The notes under the pieces: model-generated
Told to the model about the DNA's origin: nothing
Seen by the model: only the letters and a program-made list of their open reading frames with translations
The model's database searches: none
Origin: a bacterium
GTDB lineage: Bacteria; UBA8248
Direction: 5' to 3'
DNA: 64,000 nucleotides
Assembly (NCBI GenBank): GCA_963692865.2
Contig: OY843592.1
Span: forward strand, 864,001-928,000
Made by a program: the position numbers and the translations under genes
In this document: in pieces, positions 49,387-59,888 of the stretch
Position numbering within the stretch: position 1 is the stretch's first letter
How the letters are laid out: every line of letters starts with the position of its first letter

Positions 49387-50271
49387 TTGATCGAGTCCCT
49401 CCCCCCGGTTTTCTTGTCTTTCCTGTCCGCTGTCTTTCTGGCCGCAACGCAAACAATCTATCGAGGCGCCCTTCAGTGGATAGGACCGAAGGCTATCACC
49501 TTTGTGACCAATTTGACGCTGGTGACTTACGCTTCGACCATATACATATTGGGCGCAGGCCTCGAAAAATGGCCTCTGGTGGGGATTTTCTGGTTCGTGC
49601 TGGCGGGGCTTTGTTCTCATTTCCTGTCGAGAAACCTGAACTTCATATCGGCCACCCTCATCGGGATGGCGCGCTCCCAGATTTTTTTGCAAGTCCATCC
49701 CATATGGAGCGCTTTGCTGGCCATGCTCCTTTTCGGCGAGACGATCAATTTCCCGATCGCCCTGGGTACTTTCGCCATCGTGTTGGGCGCGATACTCCTG
49801 GTGCAGGAGAGAGGGGCGGGGGGCAAGCGCGCTCCCTTTTTATATTACCTCCTTCCGATTCTCGCGGCTTTTTTCTTCTCCTTCGCTCCGCCGTTGCGAA
49901 AGCTCGCTTTTCAGACGATTCCCTCACCCGCTTTCGGCATCGCCACCACGGCGTTCACGGGCGCGCTTCTCCAACTCGGGTCCATACCGTTCGTCGAAAA
50001 TCACGAGCTCAACCCCAGAACATGGAATAAAAAAAGCCTGTGGCTGGTTCTCATCGGAGGGGTTTTCAACATCATATCGGCGTACTGCTTTTGGCTCGCC
50101 ATCAAAAACGGAAAGCTCATAGAGGTGATTCCGATAAACAGGCTCTCCATCTTGTTCCTGATACTGTTTTCCTGGCTTTTTTATCAAAGGCTCGAGCGCA
50201 TCAATTTGCGCGTGATCGCAGGCGGACTGCTCGCCGTGGAGGGCGCCGTGCTGATCGTATTGGGCAGTTAG
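49387..50271 (+). CDS. EamA/DMT family transporter
   Basis: About 10 TM segments; LLFGE motif. Confidence 0.8.
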   Translation: MIESLPPVFLSFLSAVFLAATQTIYRGALQWIGPKAITFVTNLTLVTYASTIYILGAGLEKWPLVGIFWFVLAGLCSHFLSRNLNFISATLIGMARSQIFLQVHPIWSALLAMLLFGETINFPIALGTFAIVLGAILLVQERGAGGKRAPFLYYLLPILAAFFFSFAPPLRKLAFQTIPSPAFGIATTAFTGALLQLGSIPFVENHELNPRTWNKKSLWLVLIGGVFNIISAYCFWLAIKNGKLIEVIPINRLSILFLILFSWLFYQRLERINLRVIAGGLLAVEGAVLIVLGS

Positions 50272-50327
50272 ATGCTCACTTATTTTGAATGGGGCGCGCG
50301 CTATGTGGCGGTTCTTGAGGTGTTGAA

Positions 50328-51209
50328 ATGGGAAACCTGATTGTGGAGGCGCCGCCCGAGATTCGCGCTTTGCTGGGCGCCTTCCTGTTCGCGTGCAACC
50401 AGATCCTCGTTCGCAGACTGCTCGAGCGCGCCTCGGCGCTCACGATCATCTTCTGGGTGAATGGGTGGATGGCGGTCCTCGCCGCCTTTTTTTCCCCTCT
50501 CTCCGATAGTTACGAGGGCGACTGGACGACCGCTCTCGTCTTTTTCGTCCTGACCGGCGTGTCGGGGAATCTCGTGGCGCGCTACAGCGCTCTGCGTTCG
50601 AGCGAATACGTCGGCGTGAGCAGGACGAACGCGCTCGTGGCGGCGACTCCCATCGGCTCGGCATTGATGGGCGTTTTGCTTCTGGGCGAGCGCCCCGACG
50701 GCGGCGTTTGGCTGGGAATCCTGCTCGTCGTCCTCGGGATGATCTGGCTTACCGGCGAGCGGATAACGGGAGCGTATTCGCTCAGGCGCTATACGTTCGC
50801 CTTCATCGCGATGGCGGCGTTCAGCGTCACGCCCTATCTCCGAAAAGCGGGGCTGGCCGCCATGAACGCGCCGTGGATGGGCATCATCGTGGCCACGCTC
50901 ATCGCCAACGTGGGCTTGCTCGCATCCTCGCGCTTCGCCTCGCAGGAACAGAAGTTTCAGTGGAGCATGCGGATTGCGGCGGCATGCGTCCCGGCGGGTT
51001 TGTTCGGGCTCTTCTCCGCCGTGATGTTCTGGACCTCGCTGCGCGACGGGCAGCTCGCGGTCATTTCCCCGCTCGTTCGCATGACCCCGATATTCGTTCT
51101 TCTTCTTTCCGTAGCGCTGTTGCGCGACCTGGAAGTCATCACGAAGCGCCTGGTGATCGGCACGCTTATCGTCGTGGCGGGGGCCGTTCTGGTGACGTCG
51201 GGCGGTTGA
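50328..51209 (+). CDS. EamA/DMT family transporter
   Basis: About 10 TM segments; LLLGER and SPL...TPIF motifs. Confidence 0.85.
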   Translation: MGNLIVEAPPEIRALLGAFLFACNQILVRRLLERASALTIIFWVNGWMAVLAAFFSPLSDSYEGDWTTALVFFVLTGVSGNLVARYSALRSSEYVGVSRTNALVAATPIGSALMGVLLLGERPDGGVWLGILLVVLGMIWLTGERITGAYSLRRYTFAFIAMAAFSVTPYLRKAGLAAMNAPWMGIIVATLIANVGLLASSRFASQEQKFQWSMRIAAACVPAGLFGLFSAVMFWTSLRDGQLAVISPLVRMTPIFVLLLSVALLRDLEVITKRLVIGTLIVVAGAVLVTSGG

Positions 51210-51363
51210 CGCTCCGCGCGGGCGAACGTCGGATATTCGTTTGACCGGGGTTGTCCGTCTCTGCGAGAATGACCTCGTCTTCATTCTTTCAAAGCAGCGT
51301 TTTCCGCATCGAAATTCATGAGATGCGGTGCGGGAAGCCCTTTCATCAAATCGTGGGGGTGCG

Positions 51364-51843
51364 ATGAAAATACTCAAGATCATTCCCGAGAAGTGTACCG
51401 GCTGCATGCGGTGCGAACTCGCGTGCTCATACGAGCAGACGGGGACGTTCCAGCCCTCGAAGGCGGTGATCCGCGTCTCCTCGTTCGAGGGCCACACGAG
51501 CTATGCGCCCTACACTTGTCCGCAGTGCGACGAGGCATGGTGCCTGACGGCGTGTCCGGTCGAGGCGATCGGCATTTCGCCCGCCGGGGCGAAGGACGTG
51601 GCGGACGACATTTGCGTGGGTTGCAAGCTCTGCGCCATCGCGTGTCCCTACGGAACGATGTTCTACGACATGGACACCCACAAGGCGTTCAAGTGCGACC
51701 TGTGCGGCGGCAATCCCGCGTGCGCGTCGGTGTGCCCCACCGACGCCATCCTCTTCCAGGAGGCCGAGAAGACCGACTGGGTCGGGCCCTTTGCCGCGGA
51801 GCGGGCGAAATCGCCCGCCGGGCCGCTTGCGGGGGTGCTCTGA
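51364..51843 (+). CDS. 4Fe-4S dicluster electron-transfer subunit (AorA-like)
   Basis: Four Cys clusters: CTGCMRCELAC, CPQC...C...CP, CVGCKLCAIACP, CDLC...C..VCP. Confidence 0.9.
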   Translation: MKILKIIPEKCTGCMRCELACSYEQTGTFQPSKAVIRVSSFEGHTSYAPYTCPQCDEAWCLTACPVEAIGISPAGAKDVADDICVGCKLCAIACPYGTMFYDMDTHKAFKCDLCGGNPACASVCPTDAILFQEAEKTDWVGPFAAERAKSPAGPLAGVL

Positions 51844-51844
51844 T

Positions 51845-53167
51845 ATGGCCAGACACGTCATCGTAGGCGGCGGAACCGCAGGGTGGAACGCCATCACCAC
51901 CCTCAGGGAGCTGGACCAGGGCGATTCCGAGATCGTCCTCGTCGCGGACGAGACGCCGTATTCTCGGATGGTTTTGCCCTATTACCTGGCGCGGGACATC
52001 GCGGAGTCCCACGTCTACATCGCCTCTCCTCCCAGGCTCGCGGCGCTGAACGTGGACGCGAGGCTCGGCGCGCGCGCCGGGAGAATCGACGCATCGGCCA
52101 ATAAGCTCATCCTCGAAGGAGGCGATGAGATTGAATACGACAATCTCTTGATCGCCACGGGGTCTTCTCCCGTCAAAGCCCCGGTGCCGGGAGCGGACGG
52201 GAGGAGCGTGCACAGCTTCTGGACGTTTCCCCAGGCGCGCGCCGTGGCGTCCGGCGTGGGCGAGGGCGCCCGCGTGGCGATGATCGGAGCGGGATTCATC
52301 GCCTTCACGATTCTGAACGCCCTGGTGAATCAGGGCGTGAAGCTCACCGTCGTGGAACTCGAATCGCGTATCCTGCCGCGCATGATAGACGACGCAGGCG
52401 CCGGAATCGTTCAGGACTGGCTGAGCGAGCGCGGCGTGGAAGTGAGAACATCGACGCGCCTGGCCTCGATAGAGGACAAGGGAGACGCCAAGCTCCTCAA
52501 ATTCGAGGAAGGCCCCGATCTGGAGGTCGACCTGGTCATCATGGCCACGGGCATCAAGCCCAACATCGACTGGGTGGCGGGCAGCGGCCTCGAGACCAAT
52601 CAGGGAGTTCTGGTGGACGCGCATTGCCGAACGAACGTGGCGAACGTCTACGCGGCGGGAGACATCGCGGAAGGCCCCGACGCGGTGACGGGCGATAAGG
52701 TGGTGCACGCCATCGAACCCACCGCCATGCAGCATGGCCGCGTTGCGGCGGCCAACATGGCCGGCCGGGAGGTCGCGTACAAGGGCAGTCTGCTCATGAA
52801 CATCGTGGACGTCCTCGATTTGGAGATCGCCAGTTTCGGCGCATGGGACGACCCGGCGGCGGAGGTCTTCGAGGCCGTGCGGGCGGAGCGGCCCGCCTAC
52901 AGAAAACTCCTGTTCCGCGGCGGGAGGCTGACAGGGGCGATCATCCTGGGAAAAACGCGGGAAATCTGGACGACGAACGACGTGGGGATGCTCAAGGGAC
53001 TCGTGTACACGGGAGCGGACATCTCCGAATGGAAAGAGCATTTGCGCAGGAATCCGTTTGACGTGAAACGCGCGTTTTTGGCCTCGGGCGCCGCGGGTGA
53101 CCTGCTGCCGGAAACCGTCTTGGGGCGTCCGTCGATATCTGCGCATGAAATTGCGGTTTCTTCATAA
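51845..53167 (+). CDS. FAD/NAD(P)-dependent oxidoreductase subunit (AorC/NirB-like)
   Basis: GGGTAG, LIATGS, GAGFIA, ATGIKPN and YAAGD motifs. Confidence 0.88.
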   Translation: MARHVIVGGGTAGWNAITTLRELDQGDSEIVLVADETPYSRMVLPYYLARDIAESHVYIASPPRLAALNVDARLGARAGRIDASANKLILEGGDEIEYDNLLIATGSSPVKAPVPGADGRSVHSFWTFPQARAVASGVGEGARVAMIGAGFIAFTILNALVNQGVKLTVVELESRILPRMIDDAGAGIVQDWLSERGVEVRTSTRLASIEDKGDAKLLKFEEGPDLEVDLVIMATGIKPNIDWVAGSGLETNQGVLVDAHCRTNVANVYAAGDIAEGPDAVTGDKVVHAIEPTAMQHGRVAAANMAGREVAYKGSLLMNIVDVLDLEIASFGAWDDPAAEVFEAVRAERPAYRKLLFRGGRLTGAIILGKTREIWTTNDVGMLKGLVYTGADISEWKEHLRRNPFDVKRAFLASGAAGDLLPETVLGRPSISAHEIAVSS

Positions 53168-53184
53168 ACAAGGAGGTCGATGCC

Positions 53185-55056
53185 TTGACTGATTACGCAT
53201 ACGCAGGAGAAATCCTCCGGGTCGATCTCTCGAGCGGGAAGGCCTGGGGCGAGAAGTTCGAAGCCGCCGACCGCAGGAAATGGGTGGGCGGCGCAGGGTT
53301 GGGCGCCAAGATTCTGTGGGATGAAGTGCCGCCCGAGGTGGGTTGGGATCATCCCGAGAACCGGCTCGTTCTGGCCACGGGCCCTCTGGCCGGTTTGCCG
53401 GTCTGGGGAACGGGCGGGCTTACCGTGGTGACGCGGGGCGCGATGACGGGCGGCGCGACCAACACCCAGGCGAACGGGTTTTTCGGCGCGAATCTCAAAT
53501 ACTGCGGCTATGACGCCATCGTGTTCCAAGGAGAATCGCCCGATTGGGTCTATCTCCACATCCGCGACGACGGGGTGGAGCTTCGCGACGCCGCCGGGTT
53601 GCTGGGCAAGGACACCTGGGAGACGCAGCAATCGCTCGAGAACGCCTTGAACCTGAGCGGGCATAACCTGAGCGTCTACAGCATCGGGCCCGCGGGGGAG
53701 AGCCTCGTGCGCTTCGCCGCCATACAGGGCGACTACGGCCACGTGGCGAGCAAGAACGGCTGCGGCGCCGTCATGGGCAAGAAAAAGGTGAAGGCGGTGG
53801 CCATCGAACGCGGAACGAAGGCGGTCGCCGCCGCCCATCCCAAGGCGCTCTTCGCGGCGGCGGACGATATCGCCCACAGCCTGCAGACCGACCCCTCCAC
53901 CAAGGGGTTGTACCTCTACGGCACCCTGGGCGGCGTGCGGAACCTGCAGGGCATGGGGGCGCTGCCGATCCAGAACTACACGACCAACGTGTGGCCCGAG
54001 GAAGTCGAAACGCAAAAATGGGAGGCGAACGGCCTGCGCGAGGGCTTCGACCACCGGGGCCATCAGTGCAGCGCGTGCGGCATGCACCATTGCCACATGC
54101 AGGTCATCGCCTCGGGCCCCTACAAGGGACAGGTCGTGGACGAACCGGAGTACGAGGGTTGGTCGGGCGCGGGCTGGACGATTGGCGCCACCGATCCGCA
54201 GCAGGTCACCTGGATGAACACCCAGCTCGATCGCGCCTGCGTGGACGTGAACGAGTTCGGCTGGCTCTGCGGCTGGGTGATGGAGTGCCAGCAAAAAGGC
54301 TACATCACGGACCAGGACCTGGGCTTCCGCCTGGAGTGGGGCGACATCGACGGGGCCAACAGGCTGCTCGAGATGATCTGCAAGCGCGAGGGCATGGGCG
54401 ACCTCCTGGCGGAGGGCACGAAGCTCGCGGCGGAGAAACTCGGCGGCGAGGCGAAGGATTGCGCCATTTATACGGAGGTAGGCAATTCCCCGAGAGGGCA
54501 CGATCACCGCTCCCGGTGGGAGGAGATGATCGATACCTGCACGGGTTCGGGCGGAACGATGGATACGGCTCCCCCGGTGTTCCCGACGGATTACGGCCTG
54601 CCCGCGCGCGTGCATCCCCAGGACGCGGAGGCGGTGCCCAGGCACGTGGGCGGCCTCAGGGGACGCCGCGCGTATGAGGATTCCCTGGGGGCGTGCGTTT
54701 TTACTACGCGCGCGCCGATGGACGTCTTGTGCCGCTCCATCCAGGCGGCTACCGGGTGGGACGTGGACAAGGATGAGGCGATGCAGACCGGCCGGCGCAT
54801 CAACGCCTTGATGCGCGCGTTCAACCTGCGTTGCGGCATCGGCCCCGAGGTCGAGAAGCCGTCCAGGCGATACGGCTCCACGCCGGTGGATGGGCCGATA
54901 GCGGGCGTCTCGATAATGGATCAGTGGGAGAAGATGCTCGATATCTGGTACGAGACGGCCGGTTACGACAGGGAGACGGGCCGCCCCAATCCCGAGCTTT
55001 TGCGCGAACTCGATCTGGAAGATGTCGCCGAAGCCTTGTGGGGGGCGAACGCATAA
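53185..55056 (+). CDS. Aldehyde:ferredoxin oxidoreductase family tungstoenzyme
   Basis: ILRVDLS, GG.GLG, GPL.G, IGPAGE, GAVMG.K..KA, CxxC...C, EPEYE and DSLG.C motifs. Confidence 0.9.
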   Translation: MTDYAYAGEILRVDLSSGKAWGEKFEAADRRKWVGGAGLGAKILWDEVPPEVGWDHPENRLVLATGPLAGLPVWGTGGLTVVTRGAMTGGATNTQANGFFGANLKYCGYDAIVFQGESPDWVYLHIRDDGVELRDAAGLLGKDTWETQQSLENALNLSGHNLSVYSIGPAGESLVRFAAIQGDYGHVASKNGCGAVMGKKKVKAVAIERGTKAVAAAHPKALFAAADDIAHSLQTDPSTKGLYLYGTLGGVRNLQGMGALPIQNYTTNVWPEEVETQKWEANGLREGFDHRGHQCSACGMHHCHMQVIASGPYKGQVVDEPEYEGWSGAGWTIGATDPQQVTWMNTQLDRACVDVNEFGWLCGWVMECQQKGYITDQDLGFRLEWGDIDGANRLLEMICKREGMGDLLAEGTKLAAEKLGGEAKDCAIYTEVGNSPRGHDHRSRWEEMIDTCTGSGGTMDTAPPVFPTDYGLPARVHPQDAEAVPRHVGGLRGRRAYEDSLGACVFTTRAPMDVLCRSIQAATGWDVDKDEAMQTGRRINALMRAFNLRCGIGPEVEKPSRRYGSTPVDGPIAGVSIMDQWEKMLDIWYETAGYDRETGRPNPELLRELDLEDVAEALWGANA

Positions 55057-55084
55057 CCCACCCTGGATTCGGAGGAAGGCGCCC

Positions 55085-55411
55085 GTGAGCGAGACGAAAA
55101 GCGTCAAGGGAATCCGCGTCCGGCTGGAGTTCATCTCCTGGGCGTCGACGTTCGTGGGCGGTGACGGGAACGAACGCAAGATTTTCGATGTGGAAGTGCC
55201 CGAAGGCGCCACGCTCCGGGACGTCCTCAAAAAGATGAGCAGCCGGTATCGCTCTCTGGACGAGGCGCTTTGGCACAACGGCACCGGCGAGTTGGCCGAA
55301 CACCTCGAAATTGCCGTGAACGATGCGCTCCTGGGAATCCATCACAAGCTGGATTCCGAGATGAAAGAGGGCGATCTCATCCTCCTGATGGGTCAATACA
55401 TGGGCGGATGA
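55085..55411 (+). CDS. MoaD/ThiS family sulfur carrier
   Basis: Ubiquitin-like fold, C-terminal GG, follows the AOR gene. Confidence 0.85.
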   Translation: MSETKSVKGIRVRLEFISWASTFVGGDGNERKIFDVEVPEGATLRDVLKKMSSRYRSLDEALWHNGTGELAEHLEIAVNDALLGIHHKLDSEMKEGDLILLMGQYMGG

Positions 55412-55432
55412 GCGCGACACCCGGCCTGGAGG

Positions 55433-56042
55433 GGGGTTGCTGAAAAAGTCCTCATTTCGTGATTCGGCGTATATAGCCGACAGGGGACAGCGGAAACTTT
55501 ACTCCTCCATTACAGAGCGCCAACCAACCACTCCCCCCTTGAGGGTTGTTGAAAAAACCCCTCCTTCCTCCGAGTTGACTACCGCCGTCATTCCGGCGAA
55601 AGCCGGAATCCAGAGCCGAGGAGAATGGCGACGCTCCGGTTTTTCATCCCCTACTCATTGACGGGAATCCAGAAGAAATAAACAAAAACAAAAGCAAAGT
55701 CCCTGGATTCCGGCATGCGCCGGAATGACGATCAAACCCCGTCCCGATCGTTCTCCCCCTGCCTTTATGGGGTTTCCCTCTCAAAGGGGTTGCCTTTACC
55801 CTGTCAGGGGGTAAAGGCGATGCCCCCGATGAGGGGGGTGGAAGAAAAGCCCCCCTGATAGGGGGTGCTGAAAAAGTCCTTTCCGCCTCATCCTGAGTAG
55901 CGGCGAAGCCGCGTATCGAAGGATGCCCTCTCGCCCCGACGGAGGCGTTCGATTCCCCTCGTCCTTCGATACGCCGCCTCCGGCGGCTACTCAGGGTGAG
56001 GGAAGAGGCGTTGGCGGTTTGCGGGACTTTTTCAACAACCCC
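55433..56042. mobile_element. Nested mosaic TIR element
   Basis: Left TIRs at 55433, 55542 and 55862, right TIR 56023-56042; TGGA(G) on both outer flanks; CGTC doublet 55586-55730; CTCATCCTGAGTAG doublet 55886-56001. Confidence 0.8.
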
Positions 56043-56139
56043 TGGAGAGGGCGTTTTCGCTCCCGGTTATCTCCGTCAGGATTCGTTGATCAAGCAGGTA
56101 ATCTTCCGGTATTCGTGCTCGCGTGAAGAAAACGCTCCG

Positions 56140-56604
56140 CTAGAGCGGGTGATCCGGGTCGAGCATTCCCAGAAATTCAGCGCAGCGTTTCGCCTCGGCG
56201 GATTCTCCGATGGCGTCGGCGCATTGTCCCAATCCATGAATGGCGCGCAAAAACGGCCGATTGGCGGGAATTTCCCAGGGAATGCGCCCCTCGCCGCGCC
56301 AGCCCGACCCGCGGGCCTTGTCCAGCCCCCTGTGGTAGGCGACCCGGAAGTAGGCGTATGCGGTAATCGTCTCTTCGTTTGCGAGCGCAATCCGCCCCAT
56401 GGCCACCCAGCCGGATAATGCGTCCGGTTGGCGCGCCACGAGACTTTGCAGTTTCTCCATAGATGGCCCGCGGTTATCGTCGCTCAATAAAATTTCATCG
56501 CACATTGAATCCAGGATACGGAGTTCTTCCGGCTCGGGCGGTAGCGACGTCCTGGGAATCCCCTCCGGGGAGATATCGAGCAAATCGTCGGTTTCATTCG
56601 GCAT
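56140..56604 (-). CDS. DUF3151-like protein
   Basis: AYAY.RV.YHRGLD..R..GWRG.G..PW....NR.FLR...GE..EA.RC..FL...DP pattern. Confidence 0.8.
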   Translation of the reverse strand: MPNETDDLLDISPEGIPRTSLPPEPEELRILDSMCDEILLSDDNRGPSMEKLQSLVARQPDALSGWVAMGRIALANEETITAYAYFRVAYHRGLDKARGSGWRGEGRIPWEIPANRPFLRAIHGLGQCADAIGESAEAKRCAEFLGMLDPDHPL

Positions 56605-56680
56605 GATGAAATCCTTTACCTGGGGGTTTCGGATTGCCAGTATAACTGTCGCGTCATGGTGGGGCATTCGGCTTTCGGGA

Positions 56681-56709
56681 TTGACGCCCCCGAGCCTGTT
56701 TGTTAGCTT
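56681..56709 (+). promoter_or_regulatory. sigma70 promoter for glyA
   Basis: TTGACG-17nt-TAGCTT. Confidence 0.5.
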
Positions 56710-56771
56710 CCACCCGCCGGAGAAATTCCGCACCATTCCCCACGCCTGAAAAAAGTCTGGAGGTTCCACCG

Positions 56772-58028
56772 ATGTCGTCGGCACTTGCGCTTAGAGATCC
56801 CGATATTTTCGCCGCCATGGAAGATGAAAGACACCGCCAGGCGGACGAGCTCGAACTCATCGCCTCGGAGAACTACGTGAGCAAGGCGGTGATGGAAGCG
56901 GTGGGCGGCGTGATGACGAACAAGTATGCGGAGGGGTTTCCGGGCAGGCGGTACTATGGCGGGTGCCAGTACGTGGACGTGGCCGAATCCCTCGCCATCG
57001 AGCGGGCGAAGGTTCTTTTCGGCATGGATCACGCCTCCGTGCAGCCGCACAGCGGCGCCCAGGCGAACGCCGCGGTGTATTACGGGCTGCTGGAGCCGGG
57101 CGATACGCTCCTAGGGATGAACCTTTCGCATGGAGGCCACCTCACCCACGGCCACCCCGTCACTTTCTCGGGCCGCTGGTTCAAGGTGGTGTCCTATGGC
57201 GTGGACCCCGAGAACCACGTCATCGATTTCGATGAAGTGGAAAGCCAAGCGAAGGAACACCGGCCCAAAATCATCGTCGTAGGAGCGAGCGCGTATCCGC
57301 GAGCCATCGATTATGCGCGCTTCAGGGAGATTGCGGATGAGGTGGGCGCCGTGGTGATGGCGGACATCGCCCACGTCGCGGGGCTTATCGCCGGTGGCGT
57401 CCATTCGAATCCCGCGGGCCACGCGCAGATCGTCACCACCACGACGCACAAGACGCTCAGGGGTCCTCGCGGCGGCATGATTCTCTGCGACGAGGACTAC
57501 GCGGCGCAAATGAACAAGGCCGTTTTCCCCGGGATGCAGGGCGGGCCGTTGATGCACGTCGTCGCAGCCAAGGCGGTTGCGTTAAAAGAAGCGAGCACGC
57601 CCGGGTTCAAGACCTATGCGGCGCAGATTGTAAAGAACACGCAGGCGCTCGCGGACGCGCTCCTGGCGCGCGGCATCCATCTCGTCTCGGGCGGCACGGA
57701 CAATCACCTGATACTCCTGGATTTGCGCGAGGCCGGCTTCAGCGGGAAAAAGGCGGAAGCCGCCCTGGGCCAGGCGGGAATCACGGTGAACAAGAACGCG
57801 ATTCCTTTCGACACCAGAAAGCCGGCGTTCACGAGCGGAATTCGCGTCGGGACGCCCGCGTTGACCTCGCGCCGCATGAAAGAGGCGGAGATGCAAATCG
57901 TGGGTGGCTGGATAGCCGACGTGCTGGCGGATATCACGGATGAGGCTCGCATCGCCTCGGTGCGAGAAGACGTCCGCTCGCTTTGCGAGAAATTCCCGAT
58001 GGGAGAGGACGGGGCCAGACCGGAGTAG
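56772..58028 (+). CDS. glyA: Serine hydroxymethyltransferase
   Basis: [29 protein letters not shown] and [14 protein letters not shown] motifs. Confidence 0.97.
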   Translation: MSSALALRDPDIFAAMEDERHRQADELELIASENYVSKAVMEAVGGVMTNKYAEGFPGRRYYGGCQYVDVAESLAIERAKVLFGMDHASVQPHSGAQANAAVYYGLLEPGDTLLGMNLSHGGHLTHGHPVTFSGRWFKVVSYGVDPENHVIDFDEVESQAKEHRPKIIVVGASAYPRAIDYARFREIADEVGAVVMADIAHVAGLIAGGVHSNPAGHAQIVTTTTHKTLRGPRGGMILCDEDYAAQMNKAVFPGMQGGPLMHVVAAKAVALKEASTPGFKTYAAQIVKNTQALADALLARGIHLVSGGTDNHLILLDLREAGFSGKKAEAALGQAGITVNKNAIPFDTRKPAFTSGIRVGTPALTSRRMKEAEMQIVGGWIADVLADITDEARIASVREDVRSLCEKFPMGEDGARPE

Positions 58029-58042
58029 AGTGCGCCTCCGGG

Positions 58043-59455
58043 CTATAGAGGCGGCCTTTCCACCTTCACGATTCCCTTTTGTTCGAGTTGATGCGTAAAC
58101 GCCAGCGTGTGGTGGTCCGCAAAGGGCGCGCCCATGATTTGCGCTCCAAGCGGCAGACCCTCCTCGCTCATGCCTGCGGGAAAGGCCGTGGCCGGTCCAC
58201 CGAGGAAATTCCAAAGCCTCGTGAGAGAAGTCATGATCGTTCGAATGTCGATTTCCCTGCCCCGAATAGATTCTGACGACTGAGAACGCAAGACGGCGGG
58301 AATGGGAGTGGTGGCGGAGAGAACGAGGTCCACCCGAGCGAACACTTCTTTGCATATTCGCTTCGCCCACTGCTCCCTGAATCGAAGCGCCTGGATGTAC
58401 GATGTGGCGGGGATGAAAAACCCGGGCCTGATTCTCCCCAGGACGCCCGGGTCGAAATCTTTCGCGTTCTCCCGCACGTTTTTCTCATGCACGGCAGCCG
58501 CTTCCGCCACCATCAGCACAGAAGCCGCGTGAGAAGCGAGTTCGATATCGGGTATTTCAATTTCGACGACATCGGCGCCCGCTTCCCGAATCGTCCTGGC
58601 CAACCCCTCCACCGCTTCCGCCACGGGAGGTTCGGAGCGTTGCTCGTAGTAGTCGCGCGCATGGCCGATCCGGAAATCCTCGATGGGTTTGCCCAGCGCG
58701 CCCATGAAATCGGGTGGTTCTGCGGCGATGGACGAAGCGTCGGCAGGGTCGCGCCCGGCGATGGCGGACATCATGAGCGCGCAGTCCCGGGCGGACCTCG
58801 CCAATGGCCCGAACGAATCGAGCGACCACGACAAGGGCGCGCAGTTCGACTTCGTGACCATCCCGAACGTGGGTTTGTGTCCGATGACGCCGCACAATGA
58901 TGCTGGAATCCGGATGGAGCCGCCGGTGTCGGAACCGATGGCGATGGAAACCTGCTCCGTCGCCACGCTGTTGCCCGATCCGCCGCTCGATCCGCCCGTG
59001 ATCCGCTCGGTATCCCAGGGGTTTTTCTGATCCCCGTAGTGGGGATTGTGTCCGGTGGGGCCGAATGCGAATTCATGCAGGTTGAGTTTTCCGAGTATCA
59101 CGCCGCCCGCCCGGCGAATCTTCCGGGCCAGCAGGGCGTCGGCGTCCGGGGTGTTCCGTTTGTCGATAATGCTGCCCGCCGTGGTGGGCAGGCCTTTCAT
59201 GTCGATCAGGTCTTTCAGGCCTATCGGCGCGCCGGCCATGGGGCCCGGGTCTTCGCCTCGGGCGATGGCGGCGTCCGTTTCCCGCGCCGCCTTCAGGGCG
59301 CCTTCTGAATCGATCTTGATCCAGGAGTTCAATTGCGGACCGATTTTCTCCGAACGCTCCAGGTGCGCCTCGGCGACTTCGATGGCGCTGACGGTTCTTT
59401 CTTTGATTTGCGCGACGATTTCAGAGGCGGTGAGTTTCGTGAGGTCGTTCGTCAA
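58043..59455 (-). CDS. Amidase signature family protein (GatA/AtzE-like)
   Basis: GLKDL, GGSSGGS and GSDTGGSIRIPA motifs. Confidence 0.92.
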   Translation of the reverse strand: MTNDLTKLTASEIVAQIKERTVSAIEVAEAHLERSEKIGPQLNSWIKIDSEGALKAARETDAAIARGEDPGPMAGAPIGLKDLIDMKGLPTTAGSIIDKRNTPDADALLARKIRRAGGVILGKLNLHEFAFGPTGHNPHYGDQKNPWDTERITGGSSGGSGNSVATEQVSIAIGSDTGGSIRIPASLCGVIGHKPTFGMVTKSNCAPLSWSLDSFGPLARSARDCALMMSAIAGRDPADASSIAAEPPDFMGALGKPIEDFRIGHARDYYEQRSEPPVAEAVEGLARTIREAGADVVEIEIPDIELASHAASVLMVAEAAAVHEKNVRENAKDFDPGVLGRIRPGFFIPATSYIQALRFREQWAKRICKEVFARVDLVLSATTPIPAVLRSQSSESIRGREIDIRTIMTSLTRLWNFLGGPATAFPAGMSEEGLPLGAQIMGAPFADHHTLAFTHQLEQKGIVKVERPPL

Positions 59456-59456
59456 T

Positions 59457-59657
59457 TTATTTCTCCCCCGCGAGGTAGCGCAGGAATCCGGCGTGTCCGG
59501 CAGGCTCCGTTGTTGAGGAGAGATGCTCCAGCAATTGTGGATGTCTTTTTTCGAGGATTCCCAAGGCGGCGCTTATAAACGCGCGCTCTTCCTGGTCGAG
59601 AGAGTCTCCGAATACATCGTCACATCGAGATTTTAGTGAATCGTCTGAAATCGACAT
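59457..59657 (-). CDS. Small protein immediately upstream of the amidase (possible GatC/AtzG-like partner)
   Basis: 66 aa, AGGAG RBS, ends 1 nt before the amidase start, late EPA motif. Confidence 0.6.
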   Translation of the reverse strand: MSISDDSLKSRCDDVFGDSLDQEERAFISAALGILEKRHPQLLEHLSSTTEPAGHAGFLRYLAGEK

Positions 59658-59888
59658 TCTTTCTCCTGGCGAACGAGGGTAATGCGTGAACCCGATGTCT
59701 CACCGATTCATTCGTGAATAGCCCCATGATGCGTTGTCTCAACCGGCATTGCAATCGAAACAGCGGAATGTCGTCGATAACGGCTTGAGAGTGTTGGGAG
59801 GGCATTCATTTTTTCATGGTTGCCTCCGCTCAAGTCAAAAGGCAAAATAGAGAGAGTTTTTGTTTCAATTCGCCCTCCAGGGGAACTC

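Noticed and set aside
56605-56771. Riboswitch (ZTP or glycine) upstream of glyA
   Set aside because: No recognisable conserved core; only a promoter-like sequence is seen
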